Assembly: GCF_006345805.1 (NCBI RefSeq)
Contig: NC_043026.1
Coordinates: 14,549,579 to 14,613,578, forward strand
Reading direction: 5' to 3'
Length of the DNA: 64,000 nt
DNA from: Octopus sinensis
Lineage: Eukaryota
Positions within the stretch are counted from its first letter, which is position 1. The number at the start of each line of letters is the position of its first letter. Position numbers and translations under genes: made by a program. This document shows positions 47,885 through 60,390 of the stretch, piece by piece. The notes under the pieces were generated by a model. The model had not been told where the DNA came from. It did not search any database and was given only the letters and a program-made list of their open reading frames with translations.

Positions 47885-48275
47885 TGGAGGCGCAATGGCC
47901 CAGTAGTTAGGGCAGCGGACTTGCGGTCATAGGATCGCGGTTTCGATTCCCAGACCAGGTGTTGTGAGTGTTTATTGAGCGAAAAACACCTAAAGCTTCA
48001 CGAGGCGGCTTCGGCAGGGGATGGTGGTGATCCATGCTGTACTCTTCAACCCCAACTTTTCTCTCACTCTTACTACTGTTCTGTTGTACCTGTTATTCAA
48101 AGGGCCAAGCCTTGTCACTCTCATGGGCACGCTGAATATCCCCCAAGAAACTACATTAAGGGTGCACGTGTCTGTGGGAGTGCTCAGCCACTTACACGTT
48201 AATTTCACGAGCAGGCTGTTCCGTTGATTCGGATCAACTGGAACCCTCGTCGTCGTAACCGACGGAGTGCTTCCA
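47885..48275 (+). mobile_element. Full-length SINE C
   Basis: tggaggcgcaatggcccag…accgacggagtgcttcca. Confidence 0.9.
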
Positions 48276-48619
48276 TTCCATATAGATAGAAAATGCAGAG
48301 AGACAGATATTGATATATCCATGCATAATAATTAATTTCTGTCTCTATTTGCTACCACTCAATAAAGGCTGCTGAAACAAGAGGCACTAAAATAAACATT
48401 ATGAAAATTCGGGTGATTGATGGTCAGAGATTTTTGTTTTACTATCGTTTCCGTTCTGCTATATATTTCGGTCCTAACACATTTTAAAATGTAAGGAAGG
48501 AATTTAATATTTAATTTTATTTGAACTAATGTGCTGTTTTCTATAGTTCATAAAATTGCCATCATCTTTCTTGAAAAAGTACACTATTATAAACATATAC
48601 ATATATACATGCATACATA

Positions 48620-48660
<41 letters not shown>

Positions 48661-48856
48661 TACACACACATATATGTGTGTGTGGTGTGTATGTATATAT
48701 TAATATATATACATATATACACACACATATATGTATATGTATGTGTATATATGTATATATATATATATATTACATATACACACACACATATATATGTGTA
48801 TAAATGTATATATATGTATGTATGTATGATGTAGTATGTATATATATGTGTGTTTA

Positions 48857-48895
<39 letters not shown>

Positions 48896-49319
48896 TATGT
48901 ATGTATATGTATATGTTTGTATATTTATATACACACAAATCTATATGTACATACATCGTCATCATGTTACGTCCATTTTCCATGCTGGCATGGGTTGGAC
49001 AGTTTAACAGAAACAGGCAAGTTAGAAGTTTACATTAAGCTTTGCTGTCTGCTTTGGCATGGCTTCTGTCTCAGGATGCCCTTCCTGATGCCAACCACTT
49101 TACAGAGTGTACTGAATGCTTTTTATGGGCACCAGCAGCAGTGAGGGCACAAAATAACTTGCAGGACAAGAACCCTCACTTTGGGGGAGGAGTATTTAGA
49201 GACAAAAAGAGGCCTTCCATTAGAAGAGAAATGTGAGCTTCCTCAGATGGAGAAGAGTGAGAGGAGAGAAAGATGATGAGGATGTGACAGAGAGGGGGCA
49301 GAGGCCATGGACCCAAGTT

Positions 49320-49831
49320 ACAGGCTTCTTTCAGTTTCCGTCTAACATATCCACTCACAAGGCTTTGGTCGGCCCGAGGCTATAGCAGAAGACACTTGCC
49401 CAAGATGCCATGCAGTGGGACTGAACCCGGAACCATGTGGTTGGTAGGCAAGCTACTTACCACACAGCCACTCCTGCGCCTGTATGTTTAATTTTAATTA
49501 AAAAAATAAAAGTATAAAAATAACAGCATTATTTATGGGATGACCCTATATATGAATAAATGTATTTACAAATATATTGTGTATACACTTAGATATAAAT
49601 CTATACTCTCTTTTACTCTTTTACTCTTTTACTTGTTTCAGTCATTTGACTGCGGCCATGCTGGAGCACCACCTTTAATCGGGCAACTCGACCCCGACAC
49701 TTATTCTTTGTCAGCCCAGTATGTATTCTATCGGTTTCTTTTGCTGATCCGCAAAGTGACGGGGACATAAACACACCAGCATCGGTTGTCAAGCAATGTT
49801 AGGGGGACAAACACAGACACACAAACATACA

Positions 49832-49863
<32 letters not shown>

Positions 49864-50030
49864 CATATATACGACGGACTTCTTTCAGTTTCCGTCTACC
49901 AAATCCACTCACAAGGCTTTGGTCAGCCCGAGGCTATAGTAGAAGACACTTGCTCAAGGTGCCACGCAGTGGGACTGAACCCGGAACCATGTGGTTGGTA
50001 AGCAAGCTACTTACCACACAGCCACTCCTG
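49320..50030 (-). mobile_element. SINE A head fragment (49320-49480) and full SINE A (~49605-50030)
   Basis: Family sequence. Confidence 0.85.
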
Positions 50031-50959
50031 CATGTTTATTTGTATACATCTGCAAACATACAGACACAAACACATCAATATTCTAAAACAGGTAGATTGC
50101 TATGTATACAGTAATCACCAATATTTAGTAATTTCCTTTGGATAACTACCACATTATTTCTCGATTATATATAATTGCATGTAATTGATAGCACATTCAC
50201 ATATTGTGTACACATGCTGACGCCTACACACACATGCATACAGATAGGTGTGTGTGTGTGTGTGTGTACAGAGAGAGACAGATAGATATAGATTAATAGA
50301 TAGATAGAGATATATACATACACACTCATACATACATACATACATACGTACATACATACATACATACATACATACATACATACATACGTACGTACATACA
50401 TACATATATACATACATACATACCTACATACATACCTACATACATATATACATACATACATACATATATACATTCATACATACATGGTAGTGGCTGCCCC
50501 CTCGTTATCGAGTATGGCCATTGCACAAAGCTTAATTAATGTTGTTATTGTACAATGCCTGTGCAAGAAGATTTTTTTTTTAAAGTGAGGAAAGGCTGTG
50601 CACTGAGTCAATCCCACTCACTAAGCAACAGCAGTCATAATCCGAAAAGAAGAACAAGTCAACATCATTGGTAACCACTGAGCCGCAGGTTTTATGTTGG
50701 AGTTATCCCAGTTACCTGAGTTACCTTCACCTAGAAGGATGCCCTAACAAAGGCTAGGAGTCCTTCAGTCCCAATGGTTTAACAGCACAATCGGGTAGTC
50801 AGTCCGATTATTTCTATGTCCCCGTGCATGATACAGCCTCAAGACATTTATTGGATGGCCGTTGACTCTCAAGAGTTCCCCCGCCCTTTGACGGGTTTTG
50901 TTTCTCATCCTTTCAAGGTCAACGAATAAGTGCCAGTTGAGCAATGTAATTAAGGGAGT

Positions 50960-51480
50960 GACAAGTCAGTCAGTCAGTCACCGGCTGACGATACATTGAA
51001 GGGGCCAGGGAACAGAAGAAAGAAGACATGCACCCAACACCAGAGCTGAAGACACCTCCGAAAAGGGGGGGGGGGCGCCACGTCAAAACGGCAGAGGAGT
51101 AGGGGCCGAAACCGGGCGTGGTTCCTCCTGATGATGTCTTGAGCTAATTGGATCCTATAAAGGAGCTGTTGTGGTAGCAGACCACGAAACACGGTTGTAA
51201 TTCCTAAAGAAAAAATTTGACAAGTCAGTCAGTCGCCGGCTGACACTCGCTGACGATACATCGAAGGGGCCAGGGAACAGAAGAAAGAAGAAGAAAGAAG
51301 ACATGCACCCAACACCAGAGCTGAAGACACCTCTGAAAGGGGGGCCCCGCCACGTCAAAACGGTACAGGAGTAGGGGCTGAAACCGGGCGTGGTTCCTCC
51401 TGATGATGTCTTGAGCTATCTGGATCCTATAAAGGACCTGTTGTGGTAGCAGACCACGAAACACGGTTGTAATTCCCCTA
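50960..51480. repeat. Tandem duplication (~260-bp unit) of an unclassified repeat
   Basis: aagtcagtcagtc…gaccacgaaacacggttgtaattcc occurs twice. Confidence 0.85.
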
Positions 51481-51805
51481 ACACAACTCCCCTGAACTTG
51501 CTGGTCTAGTGTCAAAATCTGAAACCAATATTCAGCAAGCATCACAAAGATATTGTTTCACAATGGATTTCAGCAGAGGATTCAGTAAATAAGGAAGCAA
51601 ATCACCTTCTACGATACTCAGCTCTCAGCTCCTCTCTTAACGCCTCTCGTATGCTCATCACTTTCAGACTCCTCATCTAACTTGGTTGGTATTTCCTCTA
51701 CTGAGCTCTCCATAGTATTTAACAGTTACTAGTGTACCCGTGCCATCAGAAATTATGGCATGAAAATGATACAGAAAATAAAATTAAAGTAAAAACATTA
51801 CAATA

Positions 51806-53215
51806 TGCACAGGAGTGGCTGTGTGGTAAGTAGCTTGCTTACCAACCACATGGTTCCAGGTTCAGTCCCACTGCGTGGCATCTTGGGCAAGCGTCTTCTA
51901 CTATAGCCTCGGGCCGACAAAGCTTGTCAGTGGATTGGTAGACGAAAACTGAAAGAAGCCTGTCGGTATATGTTGTAAATATATATAATGTATGTGTATA
52001 GGCCAGGAGTGGCTGGTGGTAAGTAGTGTTTACCAACACATGGTTCCGGGTTCAGTCCCACTGCATGGCATCTGGGCAAGTGTCTTCTACTATAGCCTCG
52101 GGCCGACCAAAGCCTTGTCAGTGGATTTGGTAGACGGAAACTGAAGAAGTCCATCGTATATATGTTATATATATATATATATGTATGTGTGCGGGTATGT
52201 TTGTGTGTCTGTGTTGTCCCCCAGCATTGCTTGACAACTGATGCTGGTGTGTTTATGTCCCTGTCACTTAGCAGTTCGGCAAAGGGACGATAGAATAAGT
52301 TACTGGGCTTACAAAAGAATAAGTCCCAGGGTCGAGTTGCTCGACTAAAGGCGCGTGTGCTCCAGCATGGTCGCAGTCAAACGACTGAAACAAGTAAAAA
52401 GCGACGAAGATAGAATAGTATAGGGCTTACAAAGAAAGTCCCCGGGGTCGAGTGCTCGCTAAAGAGTTTGCTTGCTCCAGCATGGCCGCAGTCAAATGAC
52501 TGAAACAAGTAAAAAGAGACCGATGATAGAATAAGTACTGGGCTTACAAAGAATAAGTCCTGGGTCGAGTTGCTCGATTAAAGGCGGTGCTCCAGCATGG
52601 CCACAGTCATGACTGAAACAAGTAAAAAGAGACTGATAGAATAAGTACTGGGCTTACAAAGAATAAGTCCTGGGGTCGAGTTGCTCGATTAAAGGCGGTG
52701 CTCCAGCATGGCCACAGTCAAATGACTGAAACAAGTAAAAAAGAGAGACTGATAGAATAAGTACTGGGCTTACAAAGAATAAGTCCCGGGGTCGAGTTGC
52801 TCGACTAAAGCGGTTGCTCCAGCATGGTCGCAGGTCAACGACTGACGAAACAAGTAAAAGAGACAGATAGAATAAGTACTGGGCTTACAAAGAATAAGTC
52901 CTGGGTCGAGTTTGCTCGACTAAAGGCGGTGCTCCAGCAATGGCCGCAGTAAACGACTGCTGAAACAAGTAAAAGAGACCGATAGAATAAGTACTGGGTT
53001 ACAAAGAATAAGTCCCCGGGGTCGATTTGCTCGACTAAAGGCGGTGCTCCAGCATGGCCGCAGTCAAACGACTGAAACAAGTAAAAGAGACCGATAGAAT
53101 AAGTACTGGGCTTACAAAGAATAAGTCCCCGGGGTCGATTTGCTCGACTAAAGGCGGTGCTCCAGCATGGCCGCAGTCAAACGACTGAAACAAGTAAAAG
53201 GGTAAAAAGAGTAAG
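51806..53215 (+). mobile_element. SINE A multimer: two heads, one centre, ~8 tandem tail modules (~113-120 bp)
   Basis: gatagaataagtactgggcttacaaagaataagtcc… is repeated from ~52287 to ~53200. Confidence 0.9.
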
Positions 53216-53439
53216 AGCAACCTTTATCTCAGTAATTGCTTCAGCACCATGTCGCTAGTGAAAACCCTACCAGCAAGGAGTTCACCTTTGGATGGTCCGT
53301 TTCACTATTAATTAATTCTTCCATTCTTCTCCTTCTTGTTCTCCCTCTTTCAGTTTCTCTCCTTTGTGCTGCTTGCTCTTCTATTTCATCTTGTTGCCTT
53401 TATGATGCTCTCATTCTTAGATATTCTCTCCTCACTACG

Positions 53440-54214
53440 CATGTATGTGTGTTAGTTTGTTTATATTTCTATATATGTGTGTGTGTGTGTGTGTGTGTTA
53501 GTTTGTTTATATTTCTATATATGTGTGTGTGTGTGCATGTGTGTGTTAGTTTGTTTATATTTCTATATGTGTGTGTGTGTGTGTGTTATTTTGTTTATAT
53601 TTCTATATATGTGTGTGTGCGTGCGCATGTGTGTGTGTAGTTTGTTTATATTTCTATATAGTGTGTGTGTGTGGGGTGTGTTAGTTTGTTATATTCTATA
53701 TGTGTGTGCATGTGTGTGTTAGTTTGTTATATTTATATATTGTGTGTGTTGTGCATGTTGTGTGTTTTGTTTATATTTCTATATGTGTGTGTGGGTGTGG
53801 GCATCGTGGTGATTTTGTATATTTCTATATGTGTGTGTGTGTGTGTGTGTGTTGTTTGTTTATATTTATATAGTGTGTGTGTCGTGTGTGTGTGTTTTAG
53901 TTGGTTTATATTTCTATATGTGTGTGTGTGTGCGTGTGTGGTGTGTTGTTTTTTTATATTTCTATATGTGTGTGTGTGTGTGTGTGTGTGTTAGTTTGTT
54001 TATATTTCTATATGTGTGTGTGTGTGCGTGTGTGTGTTAGTTTGTTTATATTTCTATATGTGTGTGTGTGTGTGTGTGTGCATGTGTGTCTGTTAGTTTG
54101 TTTATATTTCTATATGTGTGTGTGTGTGTGTGTGTGCATGTGTGTCTGTTAGTTTGTTTATATTTCTATATATGTGTGTGTGTGTGTGTGTGTGTTAGTT
54201 TGTTTATATTTCTA

Positions 54215-54252
<38 letters not shown>

Positions 54253-55233
54253 GTTTATATTTCTATATGTGTGTGTGTGTGTGCGTGTGCATGTGTGTGT
54301 GTGTTAGTTTGTTTATATTTCTATATGTGTGTGTGTGTGTGCATGTGTGTGTGTTAGTTTGTTTATATTTCTATATGTGTGTGTGTGTGTGTGCATGTGT
54401 GTGTGTTAGTTTGTTTATATTCTTATGTTGTGTGTGTGTGTGTGTTATTTTGTTTATATTTCTATATGGGTGTGTGTGTGCATGTGTGTGTGTTAGTTTG
54501 TTTATATTCTATATGGTGTGTGTGTGTGTGTTATTTGTTTATATTTCTATATGTGTGTGTGTGTGTGCATGTGTGTGTTAGTTTGTTTATATTTATATAT
54601 GTGTGTGTGCGTGTGTGTGTGTGTGTGTTAGTTTGTTTTATTTCTATATGTGTGTGTGTGTGGTGTGTGTGTGCGTGCGCATGTGTGTGTTTAGTGTTAT
54701 AATTTCTATATATGTGTGTGGTGTGTGTGTTGTGTTAGTTTGTTTAATTTCTATATGGTGTGTGTGGTGTGGTGTTAGTTTGTTTATATTTCTATATGTG
54801 CATGTGTGTGTGCATGTGTGTGTGTTAGTTTGTTTATATTTCTATATGGTGGGGGTGTCATGTGTGTGTGTTGATATTTCTATAGTGTGTGGGTGTGTGC
54901 ATGTGTGTGTTAGTTTGTTTTATTCTATGTGTGTGTGCGTGTGTGTGTGTGTTACTTTGTTATATTTCTATATGTGTGGGTGTGTGTGTGTGTGTGTGCG
55001 TGCGCATGTGTGTGTGTTAGTTTGTTTATATTTCTATATATGTGTGTGTGTGTGTGTGTGTGTTAGTTTGTTTATATTTCTATATGTGTGTGTGTGTGGT
55101 GTGTGTGTTAGTGTGTTATATTTCTATATATATGTGGGTGCTGGTGTGTGTGTTACTTGGTTATATTTCTATATGTGTGTGTGTGTGTGTGTGTGTGCGT
55201 GCGCATGTGTGTGTGTTAGTTTGTTTATATTTC

Positions 55234-55264
<31 letters not shown>

Positions 55265-55507
55265 TAGTTTGTTTATATTTCTATATGTGTGTGTGTGTGT
55301 GTGTGTGTTAGTTTGTTTATATTTCTATATGTGTGTGTGTGTGTGTGTGTGCGTTCGCATGTATGTGTGTTAGTTTGTTTATATTTCTATATATGTGTGT
55401 GTGTGTGTGTGTGTGCGTCGCAATGTGTGTGTGTTAGTTGTTTATTTATATTAAGTGTGTGTGTGCATGTGTGTGTTGCATGTGTGTGTGTTAGTTGTTT
55501 ATATTTC

Positions 55508-55542
<35 letters not shown>

Positions 55543-55660
55543 ATGTGTGTTTGTTAGCTTGTTTATATTTCTATATACGTGTGTGTGTGTGTGTGTGTGC
55601 ATGTGTGTGTGTATTAGCTTGCTTATATTTCTATATAACAGAAATATAAATATAATAGAA
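53440..55660. repeat. Minisatellite: (TG)n plus ttagtttgtttatatttctatat (~35-50 bp unit)
   Basis: Dozens of copies by inspection. Confidence 0.95.
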
Positions 55661-55689
55661 ATATAAGAGCTGGCAGAGTCTATTTCATA

Positions 55690-55975
55690 TTGGCACTTTT
55701 GTGCTGCTCTCCCTCTCTCTCTTTAGATATCTCTCCTTTGTACAATTCGCTGCTCCTTTTACTTTTGATGTCTTCAAGCCTCTCCTCCTGTACCTTGCGC
55801 TCATCTCTTGTCTCACTTCTTGTGATTGATTTAATAACCTTAATAAATTATTTAATCTTCTTGCATCCAGTTCTTCCTGAGTGAGACTGGCTGTTCTTTG
55901 CCTTTATCTCTCTCTCTCTCTCTGGCTACCTGTCGCCTTCTGTTTGATTCATTCTCCTTAGCAGGTGGATGAGAG
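55690..55975 (-). pseudogene. Charged R/E-rich ORF relic, possibly a Helitron Rep-helicase N-terminus, continuing at ~53290-53440
   Basis: PPAKENESNRRRQVARERER…RQRTASLTQEELDARRLNN… and RREYLRMRAS*RQQDEIEEQAAQRRETERGRTRRRRMEE. The assignment rests on composition only. Confidence 0.35.
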
Positions 55976-56077
55976 TATATTTAATACAACGGAACACAAG
56001 CTTCAAAACAAATGAGTATATTTCTGTGTGTGTGTGTATGTGTGTGTGTTAGTTTGTTTATATTTCTATATAATAGA

Positions 56078-56503
56078 AATATACTCTTTTACTCTTTTTA
56101 CTCTTTTACTTGTTTCAGTCATTTGACTGCGGCCATGCTGGAGCACTGCCTTTAGTCGAGCAAATCGACCCCGGCACTTATTCTTTGTAAGCCTAGTACT
56201 TATTCTATCGGTCTCTTTTGCCAAACCGCTAAGTGACGGGGAAATAAACACACCAGCATCGGTTGTCAAGCAATGCTAGGGGGACAAACACAGACACACA
56301 AACATATACACGCACACTTATATATATATACATATATACGACGGGCTTCTTTCAGTTTCCGTCTACCAAATCCACTCACAAGGCATTGGTCGGGCTGGGC
56401 TATAGCAGAAGGCACTTGCCCAAGATGCCACACAGTGGGATTGAACCCAGAACCATGTGGTTGGTTAGCAAGCTACTTACCACACAGCCACTCCTGCGCC
56501 TAT
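56078..56503 (-). mobile_element. Full-length SINE A
   Basis: Family head and tail. Confidence 0.9.
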
Positions 56504-56523
56504 AAATATAATAGAAATATAAA

Positions 56524-57275
56524 AGCTGGCAGAATCGTTAGCACGCCGGGCGAAATGCATAGCTGTATTTCATCTGCCACTACGTTCTGAGTTCAAATTC
56601 CGCCGAGGTCGACTATGCCTTTCATCCTTTCGGGGTCGATAAATAAAGTACCAGTTTCGCACTGGGGTTGATGTAATCGACTTAATCCCTTTGTCTGTCC
56701 TTGTTTGTCCCCTCTATGTTTAGCCCCTTGTGGGTAGTAAAGAAATAGGTATTCAAATTACGCCGAGGACGACTTTGCCTTTCATCCTTTAGGGGTCGAT
56801 AAATAAAGTACCAGTTTCGCACTGGGGTCGATGTAATCGACTTAATCCCTTTGCTTGTCCTCGTTTGTCCCCCTCTATGTTTAGCCCCTTGTGGGTAATA
56901 AAGAAATAGGTATTTCGTCTGCTGTTACGTTCTGAGTTCAAATTCCGCCGAGGTCAACTATGCTTTTCATCCTTTCGGGGTTGATATATAAAGTAACAGT
57001 TTCGCACTGGGGTTGATGCAATCGACTTAATCCCTTTGTCTGTCCTTGTTTGTCCCCTCTATGTTTAGCCTCTCGTGGGCAGTAAAGAAATAGGTATTTC
57101 GTCTGCCGCTACGTTCTGAGTTCAAATTCCGCCGAGGTTGACTTTGCCTTTCATCCTTTCGGGGTCGATAAATAAAGTACCAGTTTCGCACTGGGGTCGA
57201 TGTAATCGACTTAATCCCTTTGTCTGTCTTTGTTTGTCCCCTCTATGTTTAGCCCCTTGTGGGCAGTAAAGAAAT
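56524..57275 (+). mobile_element. SINE B multimer (head plus ~4 bodies)
   Basis: agctggcagaatcgttagcacgccggg head; units end aaagaaataggtatt. Confidence 0.9.
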
Positions 57276-57289
57276 ATATATTTCTATAT

Positions 57290-58597
57290 GTAGCCAGCGC
57301 CGACTTGACTGGCTTCTGTGCCGGTGGCACATAAAAAGCACCATCCGAACGTGGCCGATGCCAGCGCCGCCCCGACTGGCTTCTGTGCCGGTGGCACATA
57401 AAAAGCACCATCCGTACGTGGCCGTTGCCAGCGCCGCCTTGGCTGGCTTCCGTGCCGGTGACACGTTAAAAGCTCCAACCGATCGTGGCCGATGCCGGAA
57501 CGCACCCTGGCACCTGTGCAGGTGGCATGTAAAAAGCACCCACTACACTCGCGGAGTGGTTGGCATTAGGAAGGGCATCCAGCTGTAGAAACTCTGCCAG
57601 ATCAGACTGGAGCCTGCTGCAGCCTTCTGGCTTCCCAGACCCCGGTCGAACCGTCCAACCCGTGCTAGAGCGGAAAACGGACGTTAAACGATGATGATGA
57701 TGATGATGATGATGATGTAACTATACAAAATCCAAAATTACACAGGATTACATTAACAGCTTACACACAGAGACTAATTATTTCTTTTCCAGCAACATCT
57801 ACACGTTTTTTATCTCTGTAACTTTCTCTCTCTTTCACTCTCTTTACCGTCTGAAATGGAAAAAAATATCTTGAGGATAAAACTTCACCACCTTTGCAAA
57901 ATTCTTCATTCATAAATATTTAAAAACATAACAATAATCAAAAATCAAACGAAATCAAATCAGATATCAGAGAGCAGAACCAAAATCGAAGTCGATCAAC
58001 ATCAATGGAAATTGCAGCTATGGTTTAAGCAAACCATCCGATTGTGGCCGTTGCTCGCACCACCCCGACTGGCCTCCGTGCCGGTGGCACGTAAAAGCAC
58101 CATTCGTTCGTGTCCGTTGCCAGCCTCGCCTTGGCACGTAAAAGCACCATCCGTTCATGGCCGTTTGCCAGCCTCGTCTGTCACCTGTGCGGGTGGCATG
58201 TAAAAAGCACCCACTACACTCGTGGAGTGGTTGGCGTTAGGAAGGGCATCCAGCCGTAGAAACACTGCCAGATCAGACTGGGGCCTGATGCAGCCTTCTG
58301 GCTTCCCAGACCCCAGTTGAACCGTCCAACCCCTGCTAGCGCAGAAAACGGACGTTAAACGATGATGATAATGATGATGATGATGATGATGTAATTATAC
58401 AAAATCCAAAATTACACAGGATTACATTAATAGCATACACACAGAGACTAATTATTTCTTTTCCAGCAACATCTACACGTTCTTTTATCTCTGTAACTTT
58501 CTCTCTCTTTCACTCTCTTTACCGTCTGAAATGGAAAAAAATATCTTGAGGACAAACTTCACCACCTTTGCAAAATTCTTCATTCATAAATATTTAA
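57290..58597 (+). mobile_element. Two repeat-D copies (57290-57716 and 57933-58390), the second flanked by a 216-bp direct duplication
   Basis: 57717-57932 matches 58391-58597 plus 59221-59229. Confidence 0.85.
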
Positions 58598-59216
58598 CCC
58601 CTTACCCAACAATTATTTTGAAAATAAATGTATTTTTTCAGACATATTTTTTATTGCTTTATTTTACTATGTTTTGAATGGTGATTTCGAGGTATATTTC
58701 AAACCTTATTTATTATGATTTTAATTCAATAATATTGCCAGTCTCTTGCATCTACCTCATCCTCATCTTCAGTTTCTCACTTGAATAAACTCTTCTGACG
58801 AACTTTCACTCTCATCAGATGTATCCAACCCTCCAAGAGAGCTTCATAATCGCTATCATCATCAGAGCTCGACATGGTGGGGTTATAATATAAAGGTATA
58901 AAAAACACGTAAAAAAAACAAAGTGAAAACTTCTATTCATAAAATGTGCCTTCCAACCCTTCGACTGTCTCCAGGTGACTAAATCATACTCGGTCTTCAA
59001 TGCCTTACTCAAGCGAAAGGTGGCCAGAAATCGTCACTGCCAGACGTATAAAGTGAGCGAATATACTCGTATATGTCAAAAAAGAGTTTATAATAGACAA
59101 AGGAACTCGTTTGCTGTCGATTTTGGCGAGTCTATCTTTTGACGAGTTAACTCGCCAGAGATAGAAAAAAACGATTTTGGTCAAAACGCATTTATTCGTT
59201 TCTGCCGGGTAAGGGG
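58598..59216 (-). mobile_element. Internally deleted piggyBac-like element
   Basis: TTAA|ccccttaccc…gggtaagggg|TTAA. The minus strand from 58875 reads MSSSDDDSDYEALLE…SDESESSSEEF…EDEDEVD, an acidic transposase N-terminus. Confidence 0.85.
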
Positions 59217-59407
59217 TTAAAAACATAACTGTACTGGCAAGTATTTGTAAATATTTATAACTACCTTCCTTTTATGTCTAGCTTTCTTTAAACAAACAAT
59301 ATTTTCTTTCCTTTAAAAATCGGCAAGAACTTTCCAGACAACCCAATAGTATTTTACAATCAGAAATCTTCCTGATACAGGTCATTTTAGTTGCCTCTTA
59401 TGATATA

Positions 59408-60030
59408 CGCTTACTCTTTTACTTGTTTCAGTCATTTGACTGCGGCCATGCTGGAGCACCGCCTTTAGTTGAGCAAATCGACCCCGGGACTTATTCTTTG
59501 TAAGCCCAGTACTTATTCTATCGGTCTCTTTTGCCGAACCGCTAAGTGACGGGGACGCAAACACACCAGCATCGGTTGTCAAGCAATGCTAGGGGGACAA
59601 ACACAGACACACAAATACACACACACATATATATATATACATATATACGACAGGCTTCTTTTCAGTTTCCGTCTACCAAATCCACTCACAAGGCTTTGGT
59701 CAGCCCTGGGCTATAGCAGAAGACACTTGCCCAAGATGCTACGCAGTGGGACTGAACCTGGAACCATGTGGTTGGTTAGCAAGCTACTTACCACACAACC
59801 ACTCCTGCATATATATATATATGTCATCATCATCATCATTGTTTAATTTCCAATTTCCATGCTGGCATGGGTTGGGCGGTTTGACTGGGGATTGGCAAGC
59901 CAGGAAGACACAACAGGCTCCAATCTGATTTGGCAGTGTTTCTACGACTGGATGCCCTTCCTAACACTCCGAGAATGTAGTGGGTGCTTCTTATGTGCCA
60001 CCAGCATGGGAGCCAGTCAAGCAGCACTAT
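59408..60030 (-). mobile_element. SINE A (59408-59808) followed by a diverged repeat D (~59822-60030)
   Basis: Family sequences. Confidence 0.85.
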
Positions 60031-60390
60031 ATTTACATGCATATATATGTGGTAGGCATCTCTAAAAGGGCTCACAGGGAGTAGCATCCCTGCCTTCCTG
60101 AGCAAGTTTTCCACCACATTTCTTCAAAATCATAGTAGAGGCCTTGGTCTCTGGACCACTCATGTCTACAAACTGACATTGGGGGTAAGCAAGGGCATGG
60201 TCCCCGTAGAAAATCCAGCTACAAAAAAACTTCATGATAATAGCAAAGGAGAATGGGCATCAGCCAGCCAGCCCAAAGGTTGGGGTGGACTGCACCTGCC
60301 TACCTGAAAAAGGAAGGTGCAAACCCTCATCCTGGGTTGTGCAATCATGACTTGCCTTATGATGGCCGATGGCTTGAGCAGAAGCTTGGG

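Noticed and set aside
47885-47960. tRNA-like sequences (heads of SINEs A, B and C)
   Set aside because: They run directly into SINE bodies, lack a proper acceptor stem and T-rich terminator, and occur with TSDs, so they are not tRNA genes.
51130-51480. ctgatga…gtggt(agcag)accac-gaaac-acggttgta hammerhead-like pieces in the 260-bp duplication
   Set aside because: Stem II, GAAA and stem III look plausible, but the adjacent 5' core is ctgtt rather than CUGANGA and no stem I forms. Only a family consensus could rescue it.
52270-53215. CRISPR-like regular arrays (also the B and C arrays)
   Set aside because: The units are contiguous SINE modules without unique spacers, in a eukaryotic context with no cas genes.
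58790-58822. Minus-strand CTGATGA-gagt-GAAA-gttc-GTC
   Set aside because: No viable stem II or III; it encodes the SDESESSS acidic stretch of the piggyBac relic.
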